Assembly (NCBI GenBank): GCA_951406725.2 | Contig: OX597820.1 | Span: forward strand, 104,594,001 to 104,658,000 | Direction: 5' to 3' | DNA from: Octopus vulgaris | Lineage: Eukaryota | Length of the DNA stretch: 64,000 nucleotides | Shown here: positions 38,185-49,691 of the stretch, in pieces | Position numbering within the stretch: the stretch's first letter is position 1 | Layout of the letters: each line of letters starts with the position of its first letter | Notes under the pieces: model-generated | Seen by the model: the letters and a program-made list of their open reading frames with translations, nothing else | Told to the model about the DNA's origin: nothing | The model's database searches: none | Program-made: the position numbers and the translations under genes

Positions 38185-38790
38185 AGGGACAGCTTAATGT
38201 ATTGGTGGCCAGTGCACGACGTTGGAGAGCATAAAGTTGTAGTTGAGAAAAACTTAGCTTACATGGACGATTGGAAGCCATCTGAATATTGGAAAAGAGT
38301 TACCAGTATCACGATTATTCGCGTCGACTATCAAAATGCCGACATAATGACAGCTGCTTAATGCTCTGTGAACACTGTAAAGGCTGTAAGACGAGACAAG
38401 GATGACTACAACGGAGATTACGAAGCCGTGACGAGCAGGGATTCTAACTTCATCCGCGCGCCGGATTTCATCCAACAACTGCTGGACAAGACGGTGGAAG
38501 ATCCGAGCAAGGGAATCCAGGATTTAACTGGAGAGATGGGTTTTGGATTTGCCACCATGGAACTGGCTCTGAATGAAGACCTTTGCAATTTCTGACTGCT
38601 AAAGCCAAAGTGAACTACTTGGCGAAAGTAAAGAAGCTCCTAAACAAACGGAGGCATCCTGTTGAGCCGGGGATTATCTGGTTCTTCTCAGATGAAAAGA
38701 AATTTTACCAGGAAGAGTTGTACAACAACTAGAACAACAGGTGGATTGCCTACAAACCTATGTGATGCCCCTTGTATCATGAAAACATAG
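38185..38790 (+). mobile_element. Degraded DD37D/Tc1-like transposase fragment
   Basis: IIWFFSDEK and colinear similarity to 22135-23217. Confidence 0.6.
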
Positions 38791-39305
38791 ACACAACTCA
38801 CAACACACACACACACCTACATACATACACAACACATGTACACTCAGCTCAGAAAGAAAACAACTACATGACAATAGACATCGCAAAGAAAGAATATTGA
38901 TCAACCGCATCAATAAGAATCAAACGTCCCCAAGAATAACAATGGACGATGTAGTCTCTGATAAACAAAAAACTCCGAGTGTCATGGCTAGAACGCTTTT
39001 GATCATACGTCTACTCGGTGAGAACAGATCTGAGGTTACACAGCAACAAAAATATCTCGAGTCACTGACGGTGTCTTAAAGGGGCCATTAAAATTACTAG
39101 AAATGGCGGTTAAATCTCACTGCAATCACATCCTAAAAAGGACTCATTGGACGCACATAAATGATCTTTTTGAAATGTTTTTGAGCATATGTCAGCTCAG
39201 TCAGCAATTCAAGGTTAACCAAGAGCTAAAAACAGCAACAGCAACATCGACAGTACCTGTTGAAATACACCTACTCTCAAAAAGAAGCACACACTTTGCT
39301 TCTTC

Positions 39306-39343
<38 letters not shown>

Positions 39344-39609
39344 CACTTATTTTTTATACACGTATATATACATACATATATGTTAACATAAGTTCATTTA
39401 CTCCATCAAACGACCTTGTCTGTACAGGTACACAAGTGTGCCACATATCAGATGTCGAAATGATCACAGAGCAATGTGAAATGAAGTGTTTTGCTCAAGA
39501 ACACGATGCACCCCACGGTCTGGGAATCGAAACCACAATCTCGTGATCATGAGTACAGCACTCTAACAATTGTATATATCAGAAGGTTTGGAGGTGATGT
39601 ACACATATT

Positions 39610-39807
<198 letters not shown>

Positions 39808-39961
39808 TGTATGTATGTATGTATGTATGTATCCCTTTTCGGTTAATTATTATTTTGTTTACACACAGATATATAAGTTACTTCCTGTAAAGAAACTCAA
39901 TGTTGGCAAGAAATTGACATTATTATATTACTGATAAATATTTTATTCTCGGTTTCGCTAA

Positions 39962-40305
39962 CATGTCTTTATTCAGTGTATCAAGGACTACTTTGTCGAA
40001 TGTACTTTGATTCAGGTTACCTAGAAACAACTTAGTCGATTGAACCTTTATGTAGGGTATCTAGAACTACTTTGTCGAATATCTCTTTATTCGGGGTACC
40101 AAGGACTTCTTTGCCGAATACATCTTTATTCTGGGTATCAGAATAAAAATTTATTCAGTGTATTAAGGACTACTTTTTCGTATGTATCTTAATTCAGGGT
40201 ATCTCGAAATACTTTGTCAAATGTATCATTTTTCATGGTAGCTAGGATTACTTTATCGAATCTACCTTTATTTGGCGTATCTCACACTACTTTTCTTGAA
40301 AGGAT
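39962..40305. repeat. Minisatellite, about 39-bp unit, roughly 9 degenerate copies
   Basis: ctttgtcgaat-like anchor at 39991, 40031, 40070 and 40109. Confidence 0.85.
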
Positions 40306-40619
40306 ATTTTTATACTTTCAAAACTATATATATTTGAAAATTTGACGGCTATTTTTAGCGGATCTAGCGACCACATTGAAGGTTCCCTCAGTGTTGTTGT
40401 TTAGCTCTGGACCAACCCTGGTCGATCAGGCTTATGATGAAAGACATTCCATTTGAGATCATCCTGCTTTTTTCCTATTTGCAGGAAATTCAAGATCACG
40501 TTATCCGGCGTTTCTTTATTCTAAAACGGTGCGATATCATTTGAAGAAGACTTAATGACTATTGATAGCGAGTCGAATAACCATATAGATGGTTGTCTCG
40601 GTGAATTTAGTGATTTCAA

Positions 40620-40830
40620 ATTTTGGCACAAGGCCAGCAATTTCAGGGGAGGGGTTTAAGTGGATTAACTAGACCCCAAAGCTCGACTGGTACTTATTTT
40701 ATCGACCCTGAGAACATTAAACGCAATGTTGACCCCGGCGGCATTTGAACTCAGAACGTAAGGACAGACGAAGTGCTGTTAGGTATTTTAGTATTTTACC
40801 CAGCGTAATAACGATTCTATCAGCTCCCCG
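40620..40830 (-). mobile_element. SINE family 1 copy
   Basis: Reverse complement of the 27880 family. Confidence 0.7.
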
Positions 40831-41524
40831 TCTTCTCTCAGTGAATTTATTTCTGGAAAATAGTTGAATCATTGAAAGACAAAGTTAGCTTCAACAGGAA
40901 TTATCTATGAAAACGAAAGACAGCACAGTTCCATTTCTTTACTGAACAATATTTAGCCTAGCTTTCTACTGACTATACTCCCACGTATGTTATGATTAAT
41001 GACAAAGCAATAAAGATGCTTATCTAAAAACAAAAACAAAAAAAGCATCTCCTCTATTATCGGCAAACTATAAGCTCAAATATACAGAGAAAAAATATTT
41101 GAAAACAGTGTTGAAGCCATCAATATAAAATTGAAAGTTTACCTAAAAAAAATTCGTTGTTTCCAAAGACATATTTTATTAATGGTGTCAGAAAATTAAC
41201 TGAAAGCTCTCCATAATTTCTGGATTGTCATATTAAGGGCAATCACCTTTTTTTATTTTTTATTATTCATGGCTTTGATTAATGAACAAGCAAGACAAGA
41301 GCAAATCGAAACGTATGTATATAAAGCGTGTATATTCATTTGCTTGTTCTTAGATACGATTGTGGTAGCGGACCCAGGCGATGATGATGGGGTGGTGGTG
41401 ATGATGATGATGAGGATGATAATGGAGGAGGAGGATTATGATCCTGATGATGATCGTGACCATGGCGGTTGTGGTGGTGGTAGTGGTGGAGGACGATACT
41501 GACGATAGTGATGACGTTGATGAT

Positions 41525-41697
41525 GGGTTGGCAGAGTCGTTATCACGTCAGACAAAATACCGAACGGTATTTTGATCGTCTTTACGTTGTGGGTTCAAAT
41601 GCCGCCGGGGTCGACTTTGCCTTTCATCCTCTCGGGGTCGATGAAGTAAGTGCCAGTTGAGCACTAAGTTTGATTTAAATGACTTAGCCCCTCCCCT
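41525..41697 (+). mobile_element. SINE family 1 copy inside (GAT)n
   Basis: gggttcaaatgccgccggggtcgactttgcctttcatcctctcggggtcgat. Confidence 0.7.
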
Positions 41698-42594
41698 AAC
41701 GATGACGTTGATGATGATGATGATGATGAGGATGATTGCTTTGATTACAATGATGACTTTGATATTGATGATGATGATGGTTATGTCTGTTATGATGACA
41801 ATGAATATGATGATGTTGACGATGATGACGACGACAACAACGAAGAAGATGAAGCTGGTGATCAATATGTATTGTGGTGCTACGAATGAACTAAGAAAAA
41901 AAAAACAAAAAACAAATACATATATCAGCCCACTTTCTTTTATATACTTTTATTTCCAACCAGTGATTAGGAAAGAAGAGAAAAGATAAAGCAATTACAA
42001 AACAAGAAAATTTCTGCTGTAAAAAAGAAAAATTGATCCACTACCTCAATAAGTATCAATCACTCTAGAAATTCAGTAAACGGATGTGGTATCGAGATAT
42101 CCACCATTTGTTAATACCAAGGTAACACGTCGACTTCGATAAAGCTGTTATAAATGACTTTCACACTGAGTGTAAAGTGAGCAGCTTTACGTGTTATCTG
42201 AACCCTTCGTTCCTTTCTGTGACTTTAATCTACCTATCTGCCTTATAGACAATACGTTTCTAGACTACAATGCCGTAACTATTCTACCACTTGTTTCTAG
42301 AAGAGAAGATAATGAACACACTTTACTGGTTTCCATTTATACAAGGATAGCCTGACTATGAAGGAGTGGTGCTAGAGCTGCGAAATCTTGCATGCATGAA
42401 TTTCAATTATTCTTATTAATAACAGCATTGTTTCTTTCCAGCTAAACTGACATCTGACTGTTCAAAGAAGATTTCAACAGTAACTGGTAACGACTTCTTC
42501 TGAAAATTGTGGTATTATCAAGTAGCTGTAGAAAAAGGGTTTAGCCCCCAACTATATTCATGTTGACAGTGTTACTATATTAGGGTTGCTACTC

Positions 42595-43450
42595 GAGGAG
42601 ATAACACCTGCCGGCGTTGCGGCAGCGCGTCGAAACAATCTCCCACACCAGTGTCCGCGCCTAAAAATGCAGAGGCTGGCCAGGCACACACGAATCTGCC
42701 GGCTGGCGGCTAGGCAGGCCGAGCGTTACGGTTGGGTAGTCGGCTGGCAGCCGGTCTACTGCGTACCTGGGACCTAGCCCTGCGATGGAAATGCAGGGAA
42801 TCGTGGGCTCGAAGTACGCGCAACTGTGTACGGGACTGACGGTTAAACCAAAAGAAGCCACGAGATGTACGATGCGGCATTGATTGCCTACCGGTCGGAC
42901 AACGAAACCGAGTCACTGACAGACGGGTACGACAGTGACAGAGATCCGGCATGGCAACGGAGGACATTCGAACTCGATCGCAACGGAACACCGCACCGCA
43001 ACTGCTGATCGTTGCCTAACGACCCTGGCGAACGATCTGAACAAATATCACGAACGCAAGCCTGGTCGCAGGTACGCGGTAGACTAGCTCCCAGCCGACT
43101 ACCCAGCCGTAACGCTTGGCCTCTCTAGCCACCAGCCGGCAGATTCGTGTGTGCCTGACCAGCCTCTGTGTTTTTAGACGCGGACACTGGCCACTGGTGT
43201 GGGAGATTGTTTCGGACGCGCTGCCGCAACGCCGGCATGTGTTATCGCCTCGGCCTCCACGGGTCAGGCACTCCCGGGTGGCACCCCACGGATCAGGCAC
43301 TCCCAAGTAGCACTCCTCAGAAATCCCTCCCGGTTGTGTCACCCACCTGTTTCCAATCGGGTCAGACTTGAAGGTGCCCACAAATACTCCCTGGGCGGGC
43401 TGCGACGCCCACCTCTTCTCTCGAGTGTCACTTTAGCAGACATCGTTTGT
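42595..43450. mobile_element. RLE-type (R2/NeSL-like) non-LTR C-terminal fragments in inverted orientation
   Basis: CRRCGSASETISHTSGQC..RLVRHTRIC..GWVVGWE on minus (43016-43381); related copy on plus at 42595-42775. Confidence 0.75.
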
Positions 43451-44445
43451 GTCAGTCCGTAGAGGAGACTGGACAGATAATACTGCTGAAAGAGAAAGAA
43501 CTTTTGACGAGGCTCGGTAGAGCATAGCTGCTCATTGTTGGACACGTTTTTCCATTGGTGGGCAACATAGAATTCACCACACACATCTTAACTCCAATAA
43601 CACAACCTTTATATTTGATATTGAAGAAACTCTTCCAAGGTCGTTTATCCTACTCGTTTTCATGTCTTTAGAGATGCGATATGTTTTGCAAAACTCCTCT
43701 AGCTTATCTGTTATCAACCGCAGCACAATGCCATATTGTTAGAGATTAGGTGGAACATAATTCATTCGCGCCTAACCTTATCATTTGGCTCCCTAAATAC
43801 CATTTATTATTCATAGTTCTCCCGTGTACCTTATTTGCCAACCAGAGATTTCTGAGCAGAAATACGTTGAGACTCTAAAAATTAAATTGTTAACCTAAGT
43901 TTGTTTGGATTTTTATCAGAAAAATTGAGTCAATAGTCCTGCAGGTGTGTGTGATGAACTTAGGTTAACTACTCAAGTCTGATCTTCTACAAATAGAAGA
44001 ATCCGAACTGCGAAATTAAGCGTATTGAGATATTGTGATACGTATTAAGCAACAAAATGAAAACGTTGGTCAAGCACAACTATTCCTCTACGTTACACGA
44101 CAAAAAAGGCTGTAATTAATATACATTCTACCGTCTACAGTTGCTTCTGATCTTGTGTCACCTCACGAAAGTATCGGATTAGTATCTATATAAAATAGTA
44201 TAGATCAATCGGGAATTGATCCGAAGGTGCATACTCGGCAAGTTGACAGTTTAACACCTTTCCATTTATGTTCGCATGTACACACATGATGAGAGAGCAT
44301 AGGTCTGGATGGTCTTCTGGATAGTATTTCCTGAGCGACAAACATTTAGCACTCTGATGCGTGAAGAAGACAATTGGTAGGAGACGATTTTCGAAACCCA
44401 TTCTTTGCTAACGTCGAATCTTTCACGACTTGTTGCTTTCGCACC

Positions 44446-44480
<35 letters not shown>

Positions 44481-44849
44481 TATCCCCACCATCACTTGAC
44501 AACCGATGTTGTGTGCTTACGTCCTCGTTACTTAGCTCAAAGACTCACAACACTTCCATCTGTCCATCTAGCATTTATTTATTTCCTTTGAAGCGCTTCG
44601 CAGAACCCTAGCACATCGTTTCTGATTTTCCTCTTCTCTTCAATTAGATTAGCCTGCAGTATACTGAGGTCTATTTATTCACATTGTAGCTTTGAAATGA
44701 AGTCACCATGCTGGCTAGGCGATCAGGCCATGATTAACTTTTCAGTTTGGCTAGCTTTCAACCTCTATCGCATATACTATGAGCTCAGTTGTCCGGTATC
44801 TCTGTAGCTTAGCTGGACCTAGTAGGGCATAGCTACCGAACAACCATTG

Positions 44850-45930
44850 TCACTGTTGCACCACTATGTTAAAGTGCGAAAGTGAAGAGCTTTAGAAAAT
44901 ATTCATTCTACGCTTCAATCGCTATCTGAAGGAGGTTGAAATACTCTCGATGTGAAATAATCGAATACCGTTGAATGCAAGGTGTCGAGATGCAATACAT
45001 CAAACTGTTCAGATATGCGAATTCTAGATGCACATCAGATATAGCTCTGCTATCGCTACCAGTAAGATTTCCAATTCGGAAGGGCATCAAACTATGAGAT
45101 GCCAACCTCCAAAGCTCTTCATTGTATGTCTAGAAATGGTCATCAGAAACATTGACTGGACAGGTGGCGTGAGCATCAACGATGAGCTACTAACACACTT
45201 CCGGTTTGCAGATGTTGAACTATGGCCGAAACTACATCTCAGATGCAGACTATGCTGACAGAACTCGACAACCATTGCTCAACATTAGACTTTAAAATGA
45301 ACCGCATGAAGACAAAATACATGCGGTCGGGAGACGCAGGTCAAAGCCGAATGGGGGGGGTGGGGTGAAATCGTAGAAGTAAAGGGCATCTACTTACGGC
45401 ACACAGTGAATATGCAATGAAATATGGATACCGAAATCTCAAAGAGAATAAGGCAGAATGGAAGACATTTACCTCAATAAAGGTTGTACTCAAAGCAAAG
45501 CTAGACAATATCAAACGTGCTAGACTGTTCAACAGCACCGTCCTACTTGTGCTCTTATACGCACATGTAGGCTATTAATACGAGGGAAGAATATTGATTG
45601 GCTATAACATAAAGGACCATGGAAGGATCCATGCTAGGAATATCATTACGAGAGCGTATTCGAAATGAGATAATTCGGCAACAGAGCGGAGTTAATGATA
45701 TGATTGCAGTATACAGAAAGCATAATTATGCTAGGTCGGACACGTCGCAAAGTACACCGACAACCCGTGGCGCAGACGCCGAGTGATATCCAAGAGATCG
45801 AAAGAAGCCACTTGGCTTAGAAGACCTCTACGATAATGGGAAAGCAATTTATTTAAGTGATTTAGCGTAAGATGGAAAACAATGGCGCAATCAAGAAAGA
45901 ATTGGAAGCGCTTTTTGACCAGCGATGTAT
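44850..45930 (+). mobile_element. Degraded RTE-clade LINE 3' half
   Basis: LTHFRFAD, KMNRMKTKYM, LFNSTVL..LLY, MEGSMLGISLRERIRNEIIRQQSGV, GHVA. Confidence 0.7.
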
Positions 45931-46810
45931 AACAATATCTGGTAGTCTAGTCGATACAGACATTAATAACGCACTACACAGCGTTTTAGACTTGAGCTAT
46001 AATATAAGTAGAATATACCTGTAAATAAACAGACATTTTATACATACATATATCCAGGTCTATTCCCCATTCTTTTAGGAGGTGGTAGCCACAACAAAAC
46101 ACACCCCAGGCATTCCATTCATTTCCCAGTTCAAAGAGGCGAGCTCCGTCCTATGGTCGGGTCAAGGCATAGAACGCATCCCCCAATATCGGGGGATGCG
46201 TAAAAATAGTAAACAAAACTATAACAACCCGGGAATTTTTCTCTTTGTGAGAGAAAGTGGAGTCAATCTGATTAGTTTTCATTTTTTATTAATTAGTAGT
46301 CTTATAGTTGTTTATAGTATACATAAACTAGGACATGGCGAAATTGGTTAGTTTAAATCGGAAAACAATGCATATATGATAAGGTGAGTTTATTAATCAT
46401 GCCTTCATTTATTTATCTATAGTGTTCTACAGAGCAAAAGAGGATAATTTGAAATGGGATATCAGGAATACCGGATAGAGAAGTGAGAGTGATCTGGTGA
46501 TTTAAAAAAAATTTATGAGTGAATGTACCTGGACTAGTGGTTCGAATGTTATAGCCACAATAGTATGCTAATGGTTTTGGTTGCCTGACTGGGCGGTGTG
46601 TTGTGTTCTTGTGTAAAATACTTCATTTTACGTTGCTCCAGTCCACTCAGTTGTAAATAAGTTTCAGTAACATCTGGAAAGTTAACCCTGCGACGGACCT
46701 GCGCAGCCCGTGCAGGAAGACTGTTGTAAACTCAGTCACTTATACGCTTACTTATACGCCAAGGAAACCGAATTAAGCTCAGGCCTTGAGTCTCAGGACT
46801 CATGACAGAC

Positions 46811-47480
46811 CTACAAGGTGCATTCCAGAAGTTTTCAGATTTCTTCAGGAGAGACATTTATCAATTTGAAACAAGTACAAAATTAATATCCTTTAAAGTA
46901 ATAGCCTCTGACATGAATGCAATTCGTGTAACGCTCCAGCCATTTTGTGATGGTCCTATGGAATCCTCCAAAGTGAAGGTATCCAGGATCCTTGTAACTA
47001 CCCCCATCGTCTTCTCCTTCAGCTTGAAGAATAACTTGAAGACCTGAACTTCAGAGAGGGTGAGAAACTATTTTGATGCCCATCTCTAACAGGGTGAAAT
47101 TGTCGACTATGCGCTGTCATGGTGCAGGTGCCCTGGGCTTTTGCAACGAAATCTTTTACTGAGATCCCTCAAAATCTGCACAAAGTATTCTTTGTTGACC
47201 GTCAGGTTAGAGGGAATCCACTGCATGTATATGATGTCCCTCACTGTCCCAAAAGAGATCATAATGGACTTGCTTTGTTGGCCTCTTGTGCCAACGAAAA
47301 ATAGATGCTCAGTCATGCAAGTTAATACGTAAGCAGAATAGTGCATTTCATAAGCTTCTGTAGCGTTTTTACCCAGTTTAACACAAAGCTTTATTGCATA
47401 GCGAGCGACCAAATTGCCTTCACGTCTCGACTGTATTCTGTAACCTAGTCAACAATATAACAAAGGGTGTTTAATAAGGT
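46811..47480 (-). mobile_element. Internally deleted mariner
   Basis: RYAIKLCVKLGKNATEAYEM; TVNKEYFVQIL; HHDSA. Confidence 0.75.
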
Positions 47481-47571
47481 GTATTCAGGGTGCTGATGCA
47501 GCCGTCTCCTTCAGCCTAAAAGTTGGCAGACCAGATTACTAGATGTATAGTAATGATATACTAAAATTACA

Positions 47572-47899
47572 ATGCTATGTCACTACCAGTTCAAATATGT
47601 TTGTGGCACTATGGACTAATAAACAAGTCATTCACTGTGTTTTGTCCTGGAGAAAATTTCTCGCTGTTGACAGCGCCCTCTTTCCAAACAGTGAGATGCA
47701 GCATTTCGGAGTGATTATCTCCTCTTCGGTCACAGACACTGGACAGAGGGCGCTGCAAACTGATGAAGGATAGTGATTCTCTTATACTATTTCAATCATC
47801 GTGCGATGTCAACAGCGAGAAATTTTCTCCATGAGAAAATACAGTGAATGGCTTGTTTATTTGTCCAAATGTGTCACAAGCATATTTAACATAGCATTT
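47572..47899. mobile_element. MITE-like fold-back element with about 100-bp imperfect arms
   Basis: ggagaaaatttctcgctgttgaca / tgtcaacagcgagaaattttctcc; outer aatgctatgt / acatagcatt. Confidence 0.75.
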
Positions 47900-47984
47900 A
47901 TACATATCACTGCTTAACGCTCCTACTCCATAACTAAAATTTCAATAAACTAGGAGAGTTTTAACTGCCTCTCCTAAAGAATAA

Positions 47985-48446
47985 AAAACTCAGACACTCC
48001 CATGTCCCTGGCGATGGACCTGATTGACTTGGAGGGATCGTTGTCCATCGTGGCCTGAATCTCACCAACAAATTCAGGAGTTCTTTTCTTATCAGAGCGA
48101 TCAGACTGAGTTTTCCGTCTGTCGTATCTTCGTAATCACCATTAAGCTCGACCAACTCCTTCCGAATCTTCTGCACTGTCTTCAGACTGACATCCAAACT
48201 CTCTGAAATGTCTGTATTGGAGCTTCCAGCGCAAATGCCAAGCAGCACAGCATGTCGTTTCCAAATTTCTGGCAGAGTGAATTGCGTCATGGTACTGTTT
48301 TCTTGTGTTTGTTTGGTTTTTTTTTTTTTCACAGACTGCGCCCAACTGACCATACAATACTGTGTAATCGACAAAATCGGAAACAAACAATGCACATGCG
48401 CGAAATAAAAAGTATAAAATGACGACAATTCACCCATCGCACTCTA
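47985..48446 (-). mobile_element. 5' fragment of the DD37D-like family
   Basis: Aligns with 22940-23217, including the terminus aaaatgacgacaatt. Confidence 0.8.
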
Positions 48447-48997
48447 TGTGCTTGTGTTTGTGTGTGTGTGTGTGTACATTGCATACAGTACAAAACATAT
48501 TAACATGGAATTGCTGCCACCCAACCATTTCCAGTAAACCATTCTGAGAATCGCCCCGAGGTTCCTCATTATCATAAAATTACAACGAGCGACAGGAAGA
48601 TGATATTACACTCCTGCAAACATACGTTCCCTTGCTTCGTGCGCTCCTTTTTCTCTCTCACGACTATACGATTGCATTCGTATAGCTTAGTCTTCGAGCA
48701 ATTAGCTTCGAGCAATTAGTTTTTATTAGCTAGCACCAATTATTTAACTATTCGGTTTCTCATTTTTTTTTTTGTTTTTCATTTTTAGTCTCCGTTTTGT
48801 ATTTTTTAAAAATGTATTTCTATAGATTTTCAATAGAATTTAGAGCCAGTATTGAGAGTTACAACGTTTCGTATATGAATACTTCTAAGTAAACGATGTA
48901 ATCGAAGACAGAAAATAGGTAATTAGTGCATATTCATATTGCTCTTTCTTCAACACCACATCTAACCAATTCACTATCCACGAATACATTGCTTAAA

Positions 48998-49222
48998 TAC
49001 ATTATTTACATTTGACGGATATTTGTCCTCATCATGTTTGTTGTTAACACGGCATTTCGGCTGATGTACCCTCCAGCCTTCATCAGGTGTCTTGGGGAAA
49101 TTTCGAACCTGGGTTCTCATTTTTCGATGTTATTATTATTATTATTCAGGTCACTGCCTGGAATCGAACTCGGAATCTTGGGGTTAGTAGCTCGCGCTCT
49201 TAACCACTATGCCATATGCCCG
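48998..49222 (-). mobile_element. tRNA-headed SINE-like element with an internal minimal hammerhead
   Basis: A box TGGCATAGTGG, B box GTTCGATTCC, (AAT)n linker, then GACAC CUGAUGA A GGCUG..CAGCC GAAA UGCC GUGUU. Confidence 0.75.
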
Positions 49223-49375
49223 TGGGGGAATTATGGAGTGAATTCTAGGGCTTATAAATCTAATATTAATATATGGAATACCCTGTTTCATTTTGCAACC
49301 ATAATATACTACCAAGCATGTAAGGTTTATAACTCAATACTGTGTCCCGAAATTTTGTGGGGAGGGGGCCAGTCG

Positions 49376-49436
<61 letters not shown>

Positions 49437-49542
49437 TACATATATATATATTTATGTATGCATGCATGTGTGTATATATGTGTGTGTGTGTATGTGTGTG
49501 TAACACAATTGGATACACCGACTTATATTCTTTCACACTCTT

Positions 49543-49690
49543 GGCACAAGGCCCGTCGATTAGATCGATCTCAGTGTGCAACTGGTACTTAATTTATCGA
49601 CCCCGAAAGAACGAAAGGCAAAGTCGACCTCGGCGGAATTTGAACTCAGAACATAAAGACAGATGAAATACCGCTAAGTATTTCGGCCGG
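49543..49690 (-). mobile_element. SINE family 1 copy, cut by the RTE insertion
   Basis: ttatcgaccccgaaagaacgaaaggcaaagtcgacctcggcggaatttgaactc. Confidence 0.7.
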
Positions 49691-49691
49691 T

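Noticed and set aside
39962-40305. CRISPR-like periodicity
   Set aside because: No unique spacers, no cas genes and a eukaryotic context
42442-42486. Possible 45-nt micro-exon (tttctttccag / gtaacg)
   Set aside because: Splice-like signals alone are common; no recognisable protein or partner exons; needs RNA-seq
47760-47795. CUGAUGA inside the fold-back element
   Set aside because: No stem II, GAAA or NUH in suitable positions
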